In this document: in pieces, positions 18,429 through 27,349 of the stretch
Position numbering within the stretch: the first letter of the stretch is position 1
How the letters are laid out: every line of letters begins with the position of its first letter
DNA from: Caldivirga maquilingensis IC-167
Lineage (GTDB): Archaea > Thermoproteota > Thermoprotei > Thermoproteales > Thermocladiaceae
Direction: 5' to 3'
Assembly (NCBI RefSeq): GCF_000018305.1
Contig: NC_009954.1
Coordinates: 300,001-332,000, forward strand
Length of the DNA stretch: 32,000 bases
Position numbers and translations under genes: made by a program
The notes under the pieces: generated by a model
The model's database searches: none
What the model was told of the DNA's origin: nothing
What the model saw: only the letters and a program-made list of their open reading frames with translations

Positions 18429-18743
18429 TTACATTTTTTCACTACCATCATTTAATCTAAGTTTTAAGTTGCCATCACTAATCACCTCTATTTTCTCAGC
18501 CTTTGCCGGCCTGCTCATTATAACGCTTGGGTTACATTGGGGACCAGGCCTTGGCTTATTTGTCCTTGCTGAGACAACTACATTTACCCATATTGAGTAT
18601 TTATCTTCATACTTAAGAACCTTAAACACCACTGGATACGCCTTAATTATTAATTCTTCATCATTAACCAATGCCTTAATAACTATAGGCTTTATTGAGA
18701 TTATTTCAAAGTCTAAATCAAGGTAATTATACATTAAAACCAC
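18429..18743 (-). CDS. Hypothetical 104-aa protein (orphan, AT-rich islet)
   Basis: The ORF's start overlaps the stop region of the upstream 128-aa ORF at 18743. The sequence looks beta-rich and no family was recognised. A sampled 60-nt block has about 30% G+C. Confidence 0.5.
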   Translation of the reverse strand: MVLMYNYLDLDFEIISIKPIVIKALVNDEELIIKAYPVVFKVLKYEDKYSIWVNVVVSARTNKPRPGPQCNPSVIMSRPAKAEKIEVISDGNLKLRLNDGSEKM

Positions 18744-19129
18744 TATGAGGCCTTATCCGCCCAATGACTTGCCTTAATCCTGCTTACGAATGATGCTAAC
18801 TCCTTATCCTCAGGCTCAATACTAATGTAGGCTAGGTTACCCTCCTCATCAATACCCACTGTAACAAAGGCCAACCCTTCCTCTGACTTAATTGGTGATT
18901 TATTGCTTACGATTATTAATATATTACCGAATTTGTTATCGATATTGATACTAATCGGTAAATAATTAGTAAATTCCTGAGTAATATAACCAGGATTACC
19001 AACGTAAGTTGCGGACATGCTTACACCATAAGATCCACTCATGTATTGTGCGTCTAAATTAGAAAACATTAACATAAGTTGTTTGCTAGGGAATAAATAG
19101 TTTTCTACTATACCGGGAAAACACATCAT
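18743..19129 (-). CDS. Hypothetical 128-aa protein (orphan, AT-rich islet)
   Basis: This is the first ORF of a minus-strand pair. The ATG is preceded by 'aaggtaaggagaagg'. No family was recognised. Confidence 0.5.
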   Translation of the reverse strand: MMCFPGIVENYLFPSKQLMLMFSNLDAQYMSGSYGVSMSATYVGNPGYITQEFTNYLPISINIDNKFGNILIIVSNKSPIKSEEGLAFVTVGIDEEGNLAYISIEPEDKELASFVSRIKASHWADKAS

Positions 19130-19382
19130 ATTACGCGAAGATACCTTCTCCTTACCTTAGGGGGAATTGAGGGTTTCCTTGGAGTAGTTCATCAGCTTGA
19201 GTTTACTGTCTTCATCCTCATCACTTCATTAGCCTAGTGGTGGATTATAGGTTGGGTCTTCAACTCAATTACCCTCACCTCCATGAGACTTGGGATATGT
19301 AATTATATTGAATCACTATTCAATACTATGAATTAGCATTAAATTCAAGTGAGCCAGGTGAGTAAAGTTTTATTACCCCATC

Positions 19383-20459
19383 ATGCTTATGTACTGCATC
19401 ATGACACGGTTAATTAAGGTTGATGCAGTTAACCCTGATATGGCTCTCATAAGGATTGCGGCAGATGTAATACTTAAGGGTGGTTTAGTAGCCTTCCCCA
19501 CTGAGACTGTTTACGGGCTTGGTGCATCAACCTATAATGATGATGCAATTAGGAGGATTTATGCCGTTAAGAATAGGCCCATGGATAATCCAAGCATAGT
19601 TCACATATCATCCTTTAATCAACTCTATGAAGTAGCTGAGGATATTCCCAGTGAATTAGAGGAGAGGCTTAAGGTGGCTTGGCCTGGTCCATTAACGGTT
19701 ATTTTAAGGAAGAGTAGTAGAATTAGTGAAGTCGCCTCCTGTGGATTAAGCACCGTAGCGGTCAGGATGCCTGCTCATCCAGTGGCCTTAGCTTTAATAA
19801 GGGAGAGTACACCAATATCAGCACCCAGTGCAAACATATCTGGTAAGCCCAGCCCGACTAGGGCTGAGCATGTTATAAAGGATCTTTGGGGTAAGATAGA
19901 CTTAATAATTGATGGTGGTGAAACATTCTTCGGCGTGGAGTCAACAATAATAGACTACACCAAGAAGCCCCCAGTCCTCTATAGGCCTGGTCCATTCACC
20001 GTGGAGGAGTTGAGGAGGATTTTCGGGGAAATCAAAGTACCTGAACAGGCCCTTGGGCTTGGTCAATTCAAGGAGGCCCTTGCCCCAGGCATGAAGTATA
20101 GGCACTATGCCCCGGATAAACCACTCATTGTAACTGAGTGCAGTAGCCTAGATGGCTTAGTTAAGTTGACTCTGGATCTAGCTAGTGATGAGGTTAAGAG
20201 AGGGAAGAGGGTTGTGGTGCTTTGTAGTAGTGAAACATGCAGTACTTACGTGAAGGCTGGGTTTAAGGTCATTGAGGCTGGGTCAAGGGGCAACTTATAC
20301 ACTGTGGCTAAGAATCTCTTTCACTCCCTTAGGTTAATTGACTCAATGGATGTTGACTTAGCTGTGGCTGAGGGTTACCCTGAGGTTGGGATTGGGTTAG
20401 CAATCATGAATCGTCTAAGGAAGGCGTCAGGCTACAGCATGGTTAAGTGCACTACTTAA
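19383..20459 (+). CDS. sua5: L-threonylcarbamoyladenylate synthase Sua5 (YrdC + Sua5 domains), tRNA t6A biosynthesis
   Basis: 'AFPTETVYGLGA', 'KNRPMDNPSIVHI', 'SAPSANISGKPSPT' and 'PGMKYRHYAP' are canonical Sua5/YrdC blocks. At 358 aa the length fits the two-domain form. Confidence 0.9.
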   Translation: MLMYCIMTRLIKVDAVNPDMALIRIAADVILKGGLVAFPTETVYGLGASTYNDDAIRRIYAVKNRPMDNPSIVHISSFNQLYEVAEDIPSELEERLKVAWPGPLTVILRKSSRISEVASCGLSTVAVRMPAHPVALALIRESTPISAPSANISGKPSPTRAEHVIKDLWGKIDLIIDGGETFFGVESTIIDYTKKPPVLYRPGPFTVEELRRIFGEIKVPEQALGLGQFKEALAPGMKYRHYAPDKPLIVTECSSLDGLVKLTLDLASDEVKRGKRVVVLCSSETCSTYVKAGFKVIEAGSRGNLYTVAKNLFHSLRLIDSMDVDLAVAEGYPEVGIGLAIMNRLRKASGYSMVKCTT

Positions 20460-20538
20460 TACCTAAGCCTTAGGTTTACCTGCCGGCTATTGAACCTCAT
20501 GCTCACTTCCCTATATTTAGTCCATACCTCATTGAGGA

Positions 20539-20561
20539 TACTCAAGGTTACTCAAGTAACC
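20539..20561. repeat. Tandem 'tactcaag' (10-bp period) overlapping a 7+2+7 palindrome 'ggttact-ca-agtaacc'
   Basis: The direct 8-mers lie at 20539-20546 and 20549-20556, and the palindrome at 20546-20561. The site is intergenic, about 80 nt after the sua5 stop and about 130 nt before ATG 20692. Confidence 0.5.
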
Positions 20562-20691
20562 CCGCGTGCGTCTCGACGGAATTTCAACCTCCTGCTACAT
20601 GTGTATGCTTAAGGATTCATTAGTCTTGGTGAATAATGTTAACAACTATATTTGGCTAAAACATTTAAATCCTAACCTAAGGCAGCCACTA

Positions 20692-21462
20692 ATGAACACT
20701 GATACCCTCATAACGTATATAGCCATTGCAGTAATAGCGGCAGCAGTAGTCTTCTCAGTATTTGCCCATGCGTTTAAACCCAGTAAGGGCCCTGACTTCA
20801 CACCAACCTACACAGTGCTTAATCAACATATAGGTGATATAATTAACATGTCCTCAACCATGGGTCTACAGTACGGTAACTCATCCGCACCAATCTGGGT
20901 AATCTACTTCCTTAACCCCTACGATGACGCTAACTACACTTTAAACAATGTATTTAATTCAACAATAATGAACATGATTAAGAGCGGTGAAGTTAACTTA
21001 ATTGTAATTCCTAACACAATATCATACTACAACAGCGGTAGTGTTCTTCAGAAATTCCTACCACTATACATCTGCACCTACAATGTTAATAAAACAGCAT
21101 CACTGGAGTTCCTTCAGTGGTTTAGCCTTAAGGTTAATGAGAACTCCACCCTTGCCTTAAACATAACCCTAAGTAACATGACTAGTGAATTATCTAACTT
21201 AGGCGTAAGCGTTAACTACACTGCATGCTACAGGGAATTTAACTTAACAGTCAGCAACTACTTATCATTCATGCTTGACGTCCTCTCATGGGCCTACGGT
21301 CTACAGACCCCTAGTAGTTATGTTTTACCAAATGACTTAGTGTTGGTTGGTGTTAATAGGGTTAGTGGTGTTGCCGTGGTGGATGAGAACATCGCTGGCT
21401 ACACACCACCCTTAGGTGTACTGATTAATAATATCATGACTCAGAAGCCATTTTATGGTTGA
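20692..21462 (+). CDS. Membrane-anchored, sequon-rich extracellular protein with a DsbA-like thioredoxin-fold pattern lacking the CxxC
   Basis: I prefer ATG 20692 ('MNTDTLITYIAIAVIAAAVVFSVFAHAF', an N-terminal TM anchor) because a TATA-like 'catttaaatc' lies about 25 nt upstream. About 10 N-x-S/T sequons are present. 'GNSSAPIWVIYFLNPYDDANY' aligns by eye to the DsbA-family 'GnpnAkvtivEFsDfqCPyCa' with the Cys pair absent. Confidence 0.55.
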   Translation: MNTDTLITYIAIAVIAAAVVFSVFAHAFKPSKGPDFTPTYTVLNQHIGDIINMSSTMGLQYGNSSAPIWVIYFLNPYDDANYTLNNVFNSTIMNMIKSGEVNLIVIPNTISYYNSGSVLQKFLPLYICTYNVNKTASLEFLQWFSLKVNENSTLALNITLSNMTSELSNLGVSVNYTACYREFNLTVSNYLSFMLDVLSWAYGLQTPSSYVLPNDLVLVGVNRVSGVAVVDENIAGYTPPLGVLINNIMTQKPFYG

Positions 21463-21845
21463 TAATGGTCATGAATATTAATGATATCTTTGACTTAACC
21501 TCAACGTACTTATCCGTCCTAAGGGTTGAACACATAATGCTGGCTAAGTTAATCCTAAGTACAGTTAAGGGTGAGGTTAACTGCAGCAGGTTAGTGAGGG
21601 TATTAGGTGGTCATATTGAGAAGGAGGGTAGGGTTTTATCTAAGTATGGTATCGCCATTAATTCAATGCAGGCCTTAAGTAGGCTTTATAATGAGTATTA
21701 CGAGGAATGCCTTGAGGATAAGGTTAATGGGCGATTGCTCACCGAGTTGCTTAAAGTTATTAAGGATCATGATGAGGAGTTAGCCTTAATAATGGATAGG
21801 TTAATTAATGAGTACTTCACAAGCATTATAAATGAGATTCATTAA
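21459..21845 (+). CDS. Hypothetical 128-aa helical protein, coupled to the upstream gene
   Basis: The start (TTG 21459, ATG 21465 or ATG 21471) overlaps or abuts the upstream stop (21460-21462). The composition is helical with no TM segment. No family was recognised. Confidence 0.5.
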   Translation: MIMVMNINDIFDLTSTYLSVLRVEHIMLAKLILSTVKGEVNCSRLVRVLGGHIEKEGRVLSKYGIAINSMQALSRLYNEYYEECLEDKVNGRLLTELLKVIKDHDEELALIMDRLINEYFTSIINEIH

Positions 21846-21899
21846 TGCTGAGGACATAATAATGCAGAAACCGTTAATAATCATTTAAGCTAACCCTGA

Positions 21900-23267
21900 T
21901 TGTTAAGTATGCTGAATTTACAGGATAGGGTTCAGGAATTGGTAAAGAGACTTGAGGCGGAGTACTCGGCTAAGACCAGTAAGTCAGCTGAATTCTTCAG
22001 GAGAGCTTCCAGGGTGCTTCCAGGTGGTACTACTTACCAGGTAAGATTCTTTAAACCATACCCAATCTACGTCACTAAGGCTAAGGGTGTCTTAGTATGG
22101 GACTTGGATGGTAATTCCTACGTCGACTTCTGGATGGGCCATGGAGCCCATATAATGGGTCATTCACCTGACTTCATTATTAAGGCTGTTAATGAGGCTA
22201 CGTTAAATGGAACACACCTAGGCTACCCCAACACCCTTGAGGTGGAGTACGCTGAATTACTAACTAAGGTTGTGCCCAATGCTGAAATGGTCAGGTTCTC
22301 AAACAGCGGTACTGAAGCCAACATGTACGCTGTTAGGCTTGCCAGAGCCTACACTGGTCGTAGATACATTATTAAGATTGAGGGTGGTTGGCACGGTGGC
22401 TACGATGCACTACACGTTGGTGTTAACCCACCCTTCGAGGGCCCTGAGAGCCTGGGCTTACCCGAGGAGCACATTAAATACACCCTGGTGGTTCCTTACA
22501 ATGACTTAAACGCCCTTGAGAAAGCCTTGAAGACCCATGATGTGGCGGCAGTAATAATAGAACCAGTGTTAGGCTCAGGGGGTTGTATTGAACCTCAGCC
22601 CAATTACCTACGTGGTGTCAGGGAGTTAACCAGTGAGTATGGTTCATTACTCATACTTGATGAAGTGATAACTGGGTTCAGGCTTGCTCTGGGTGGTGGG
22701 CAGGAGTACTTTAACGTTAAGGCTGATATAGTTACCCTGGGTAAAATAGTTGGAGGCGGGTACCCAGGTGCTGGTGCAATAGTATCTAATGCAGAGGTGA
22801 TGGAGCTTCTTAACCAGGTTAAGAGACCAGACGCTAAGTCGAGGAGCTTCCACGGTGGCACATTCACAGGCAACATAGTTACCTTAACTGCAGGCTATAC
22901 GTTAGTTAACTACCTTAGCAGTAATAGGGGGGTTTATGAGCAGTTGAATTCACTGTGGGATTGGGCTAGGAGGAGGATGAATGAGGTTTGTGAGACTCAT
23001 GATAGGTTATGTTGGGTCACTGGGGTGGGTAGTATGATTGGGATTCACTTCACTAGGAGTAAGCCGGTTAACGTTAGGGAGGCTTACCAGCTTAGGATTA
23101 ATGAGCAGTTATATGATTTAATGCACTTGTACATGAGGATTAACAACATATTATACATGACTGAGCACATGTCTCACCTACTGCCATCAATACTACACAC
23201 TAGGGAGCATGCTCAAAAACTCATTGACTCCCTAGATAACATGCTAAGCATGATAACCTCCAAGTAG
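21900..23267 (+). CDS. Class-III PLP aminotransferase, glutamate-1-semialdehyde 2,1-aminomutase-like paralogue
   Basis: 'FSNSGTEANMYAVRLAR', 'LILDEVITGFR' and the PLP-Lys context 'VTLGKIVGGGYP' are present. 'IEGGWHGGYD' replaces the HemL 'EGCYHGH.D' block, so a paralogous function is possible. The probable start is ATG 21909. Confidence 0.8.
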   Translation: MLSMLNLQDRVQELVKRLEAEYSAKTSKSAEFFRRASRVLPGGTTYQVRFFKPYPIYVTKAKGVLVWDLDGNSYVDFWMGHGAHIMGHSPDFIIKAVNEATLNGTHLGYPNTLEVEYAELLTKVVPNAEMVRFSNSGTEANMYAVRLARAYTGRRYIIKIEGGWHGGYDALHVGVNPPFEGPESLGLPEEHIKYTLVVPYNDLNALEKALKTHDVAAVIIEPVLGSGGCIEPQPNYLRGVRELTSEYGSLLILDEVITGFRLALGGGQEYFNVKADIVTLGKIVGGGYPGAGAIVSNAEVMELLNQVKRPDAKSRSFHGGTFTGNIVTLTAGYTLVNYLSSNRGVYEQLNSLWDWARRRMNEVCETHDRLCWVTGVGSMIGIHFTRSKPVNVREAYQLRINEQLYDLMHLYMRINNILYMTEHMSHLLPSILHTREHAQKLIDSLDNMLSMITSK

Positions 23268-23364
23268 TGCAAGCATTAATCATTAATTTAAATTACGGCT
23301 TAGGCATTAACCTTAATCAACTTAGCGACTCAGGTTAATAGGATATTGGGTATTAAAGCAACTC

Positions 23365-23703
23365 CTACGGAATATTAACACCATACTTACTCTCAATTAA
23401 CTTAAGCATATCCACATTGAGCTTAGCAGCCTCACCCTCCAGTAGTTTACGCCTAGAGCTTATTACCTGTTTAACTGAGTCATCGGAAATCACCTGCTCA
23501 CTCTCCTTAGCTAGCACTATGCCTTCATGAATATGCCTATTAATGGTTAAGATAGCCAATACATCTGAAGGCACCTTACCATTAAACTTATCATTAATAG
23601 CCTTAACTAGGCAGGACCAGTGAATGGGACCACCCTTAATGAAGGTGAATAATTGACCATCCACAACATTACCACCGCATACCATGCACTTCCACTCAGC
23701 CAT
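23365..23703 (-). CDS. Small Cys/His-containing protein (112 aa), possible zinc-ribbon N-terminus
   Basis: The N-terminus reads 'WKCMVCGG...IHWSCL' (C-x2-C ... H-x2-C). A TATA-like 'ttaaaaatat' (complement of 23722-23731) lies about 24 nt upstream of ATG 23703. The family is uncertain. Confidence 0.55.
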   Translation of the reverse strand: MAEWKCMVCGGNVVDGQLFTFIKGGPIHWSCLVKAINDKFNGKVPSDVLAILTINRHIHEGIVLAKESEQVISDDSVKQVISSRRKLLEGEAAKLNVDMLKLIESKYGVNIP

Positions 23704-24416
23704 AACCCGCCTTAATTAATCATATTTTTAATCCCTACGCGGTTGATAATTTACCTTAATGCCAGAACACACTTAACCTCATTAACACTCTCTATGATTA
23801 GGACAATAACGCCTGGACTTTAACATGTATGAAGTTGCATTGAATATGGGTAGGTAAAGTAATCGGGATCAAGGCACTTACTGATACCGGAGTCATGTCA
23901 ACTACTGTACCTAGGTCATTGACTAATGAACTTAGCAGTAGCAGGTCCTGATGGCTTGATTTATTCTTCATTAAGTGTCGATGCTAAGGAACCTAAACAT
24001 TGTTAAACATTCCTCCAACTCCATCAATCAATAGCCTTGCTTCATCTACTGTTAACTTAGTTCATGAAAACCCACACATGGAGATCATAGCTTATACTTC
24101 AGTCCTCAAGAAGCCAGTCACTTAACATATGGGCTAACTTTAAACTAATCTTGAATAAGAAGGAGCATATACCGTTTACATTCCTTAATAGCTTATTGAC
24201 TTTCAAGTAAATTATTGCCGCTCATGGTTCCCTGAAGGATTGAGGCTTACATTAGAGTAAGATGATTAAAAGGAATTAACCACTATTACAGTTTGAAGGA
24301 GTGGGATGTAACTTAAGGGGTAATTTAAATCGGTGAATTCTTAGGATTTAGTCTTAATAATCATGTGCTCATTCATTTAAAAGAATTGCTTAAATTTTTA
24401 AAGTTATGGGGTTTCA

Positions 24417-26612
24417 TTAATTGACTGTAGTAAGTGATATAGGTTTACTTAAGGCGCTCCTTATCCTTAATAGCATTGCCACGAGGACTATAGCTATACC
24501 CACTGCTGCAGTTAAGTCCCCTATCATCCTTAGCCAAACAAAATCATCCACTATGGGTATTTGCCAGAATCCTAAATGACCACTTGGAGTTACTAGGGTC
24601 TTTATGAACCAGAAACCGTACTGTAGCTCATACTCGAATTGAAGTACACCAAGGGGTAGTAGGGATAGTAATGCCTGTAGGTAGAAGCCTACGCCATAAA
24701 TAACTGCAGCCCATCTCATATATCTAAGGATCCTATCATTAAATGCACCAGATAGGTAAAAGGCCACAACCCACATTAGTATGCTTGGTAGGCCATATGC
24801 TAATGGGAAAGCTAAGTGGGCGTGAGTCATGGTGGTTTGAACATCATGCAGGAAGTAGTTTAACACAGGCATGTTTATTAAGCCTGCCCCAAAGGCAACA
24901 ACACCAATACCCCCACCTATACCAGCCACTAAGGCATAGGTCAGTAGGGTTTTCTGGAACTCTGTCTTAACCTCACCCCTACGCCAAAGCAGTATGACAT
25001 AAATTATTACGAAACCCAGTGGTATAGCCTCCAGTGTACTCACCACTGCACCAACATACATCCAGAAGGTTGGTAAACCATTGAAGTAGTAATGGTGGGC
25101 AGTACCAATCATACCTGTGACTATCTCCAGTGTAGCATCCATACCAGTAACCACAATACCAAGCCTTGGTGGTATTAACCCAGCTATTACCAGGAGAACC
25201 ACAATCACAGTAATCACTATGGGTGGCCAGAAACCCTCAACGAAGGCATGTATAGTCATCCACCTAAAGTACTCATCAACCTGGAAATCCGGCCAAGGAC
25301 TAATAATGGGTAATGCCCCTATGAAGGCGCCAGCTGCCGTACCGGCTATGGCTATTGATAGTATCTTGGCAAACGGCCTTAACACCTCGGGAGCTGTCTT
25401 AGATGCTTTATTCCATAAATACGATACATAACCAAGTATGGCAGTTATTAAAATCAGCCACAGGGTACCCTGTGTAGTCACGTCCCTGCCCTGTGCACCC
25501 ACAATGAACCACCAGGGAGCTGGAATTAACTGGAGGTAGCTTAACCAAATACCGAGAAGTGTGCCTAATGATACTAAGACACCAATAATAATTATTGCCG
25601 CGACCTGCCTCTTAGTTACATTAAGACCAAAATACGGGAATACAAAGAACGAGAACGCTATCCAAGTTATTGCAATCCAGAGGATGGCTAACGTGTAGTG
25701 CAGTGCCCTAGCTACATTAAATGGTAGTATTGGTATGAGGTTTAACCCGTATAGTGAAGTCTCCGTATAAAGATGCATTGCGTAAGCCCCCAGTAGACCC
25801 TGAATCCCAAGGCCAACGCCAGCTATGAAGAATGCTAGTAGCGTTAATTTCTGAGCATCATTAGGTGGTGGTAATTGAATGTTTAGCCTTGGCTCATGCC
25901 AATAATCCATTAACTTAAGGACAACGTAACCAGCCAGTGGCATTACAAGTAGCATTATGGTGAATATCATTAACCAGGAGGAGTAGGTTACGTTAGCAGT
26001 GGGGCCTATTAAGCCGGGCATGTATGGGAAGCCATTAGTGTAACCCTGCATTGCAATAATACCACTCCAGGCGAAGTACGCTGTTAAATCCTTAATTATG
26101 GTTTCATTGGTTATTAAATCCGGCTTCAACCTAAACTCCTCGGCAGCTGGGCCAAGCATCTGGGAGTAGAATTTAGTTGCATTATAGAAGCCTTGGGCAA
26201 ATTGATTACTCACAATAATTACATCACCCTGGGGTGTAGGGTCTACCTTAGGCATTAGCTCCTGCTTAATTAAGGACATTGCGCTTGCATTACTTTGAGG
26301 GACTGCATCGAAGCCTAGGCTATGGGCTGCTGAATCCTCAAGTATTCTTAACGTGTATGAAGTGAAGTCTACGCCGAAGTAACTACCCATGCCTAGTATT
26401 GAGCCATAGTCCATTAAACCATACTTCTGGAAATAATACTTACCCCAAATAATGTCATTACGCGTGAAGAGTACGGTACCATTCTCAGTCTCCACAGCGG
26501 TTGGGATTGGTGGTAGGTGGGTGAAGGTGTACCAAGCCATTATACCGTATATGACGTAGACCAGTATAGTGACCCCTAGCACGATCACAGGCCAAATGGA
26601 TTTACCATTCAT
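24417..26612 (-). CDS. norZ: Quinol-dependent nitric oxide reductase (qNOR, heme-copper oxidase superfamily)
   Basis: 731 aa and polytopic. The NorB signature blocks 'HAFVEGFWP', 'GTAHHYYF' and 'HAHLAFPLAYG' (heme b, b3 and FeB His ligands) are present. The long N-terminal extension has no CxxCH, which marks the quinol type. An AGGTG Shine-Dalgarno sequence lies 5 nt before the ATG. Confidence 0.88.
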   Translation of the reverse strand: MNGKSIWPVIVLGVTILVYVIYGIMAWYTFTHLPPIPTAVETENGTVLFTRNDIIWGKYYFQKYGLMDYGSILGMGSYFGVDFTSYTLRILEDSAAHSLGFDAVPQSNASAMSLIKQELMPKVDPTPQGDVIIVSNQFAQGFYNATKFYSQMLGPAAEEFRLKPDLITNETIIKDLTAYFAWSGIIAMQGYTNGFPYMPGLIGPTANVTYSSWLMIFTIMLLVMPLAGYVVLKLMDYWHEPRLNIQLPPPNDAQKLTLLAFFIAGVGLGIQGLLGAYAMHLYTETSLYGLNLIPILPFNVARALHYTLAILWIAITWIAFSFFVFPYFGLNVTKRQVAAIIIIGVLVSLGTLLGIWLSYLQLIPAPWWFIVGAQGRDVTTQGTLWLILITAILGYVSYLWNKASKTAPEVLRPFAKILSIAIAGTAAGAFIGALPIISPWPDFQVDEYFRWMTIHAFVEGFWPPIVITVIVVLLVIAGLIPPRLGIVVTGMDATLEIVTGMIGTAHHYYFNGLPTFWMYVGAVVSTLEAIPLGFVIIYVILLWRRGEVKTEFQKTLLTYALVAGIGGGIGVVAFGAGLINMPVLNYFLHDVQTTMTHAHLAFPLAYGLPSILMWVVAFYLSGAFNDRILRYMRWAAVIYGVGFYLQALLSLLPLGVLQFEYELQYGFWFIKTLVTPSGHLGFWQIPIVDDFVWLRMIGDLTAAVGIAIVLVAMLLRIRSALSKPISLTTVN

Positions 26613-26655
26613 ACTCCCACCTACGGCTTACTTCCCACTACCCTCAGTTAAGCTA

Positions 26656-26677
26656 ATTATCTAAGATTTTAGATAAT
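26656..26677. promoter_or_regulatory. Perfect 9-4-9 palindrome 'attatctaa-gatt-ttagataat' in the qNOR promoter (candidate operator)
   Basis: I verified the inverted repeat by hand. It lies 44-65 nt upstream of the qNOR ATG (26612), overlaps the only A/T-rich TATA-like stretch of the 98-bp intergenic gap, and sits immediately downstream of the HTH regulator gene. Confidence 0.5.
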
Positions 26678-26710
26678 GACCCATGCCAATTATGATTCAC
26701 GTAATTTAAC

Positions 26711-27334
26711 TTAACTATGGGACCCGGTCTCACTTAACGTGTGCCTAAAGTAATCCTCAAGAACCTTCTTAATACCCCTCCTTATCAATACTGTTAACGT
26801 AGCCGGGGATATGCCCAATTCCTTAGCAAGCTCACTAATGCTTACGCGTCTCTTATCATCAAACAACCCCCTACTGTAGGCCAATTGAAGAACCTCAAGT
26901 TGCCTACTGGTTAGTGTCTTAACCTTAATAGCCTGAGCATACACTACTTCAGCCTTGACACTTTCATTCAGGAAATCCTTCATGAGGCTTCTTAAGTAAC
27001 CCCTTGACGGCAGTAGGATACCGTAGATTACGGTATTGGAATCTAGGGATTTACCCTCAATTACCATAAAGCCACCATGACCCAGTACCCTGCATGAGGA
27101 ACAGCTTGGAGACTCAATCCACATTACGTTCTCGTTAACCTTACGCATCCTTAATCCAGATTCCCTTAGTAAATCAAGTTCATGACGTGTTAAGGGCCTA
27201 TTAGTGCTTATTAAATGAGTTGATTTACCATCACTAATATTTATCATTAACACATCGAAGCCCAAGTTAAGCTTACTTAACGTATTCTGAACAAGGCAAT
27301 CATTGCGGTAAGCTTTAATCAAAACCTTAATCAT
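26711..27334 (-). CDS. HTH_10 (Bat/COG3413-type) transcriptional regulator with Cys-containing N-domain
   Basis: The C-terminal 'LTSRQLEVLQLAYSRGLFDDKRRVSISELAKELGISPATLTVLIRRGIKKVL' matches the HTH_10 pattern. The N-domain carries Cys13 and 'SPSCSSCRVLGH' (Cys78, Cys81, His86). Confidence 0.75.
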   Translation of the reverse strand: MIKVLIKAYRNDCLVQNTLSKLNLGFDVLMINISDGKSTHLISTNRPLTRHELDLLRESGLRMRKVNENVMWIESPSCSSCRVLGHGGFMVIEGKSLDSNTVIYGILLPSRGYLRSLMKDFLNESVKAEVVYAQAIKVKTLTSRQLEVLQLAYSRGLFDDKRRVSISELAKELGISPATLTVLIRRGIKKVLEDYFRHTLSETGSHS

Positions 27335-27349
27335 AAAGCATCACTCTAA

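Noticed and set aside
20566-20691. A 42-codon N-terminal extension (GTG start) of the sequon-rich membrane protein appears in the ORF track.
   Set aside because: A TATA-like 'catttaaatc' sits inside the extension about 25 nt upstream of ATG 20692, and the sequence from Met43 begins with a clean TM anchor. The extension is Cys/Asn-rich with no signal-peptide character.
23798-23971. A 57-aa minus-strand ORF ('MKNKSSHQDLLLLSSLVNDLGTVV...') lies inside the long spacer.
   Set aside because: It is below the usual size threshold, has no TATA-like or Shine-Dalgarno signal that I could see, and has unremarkable composition. It is kept only as a note within the spacer finding.
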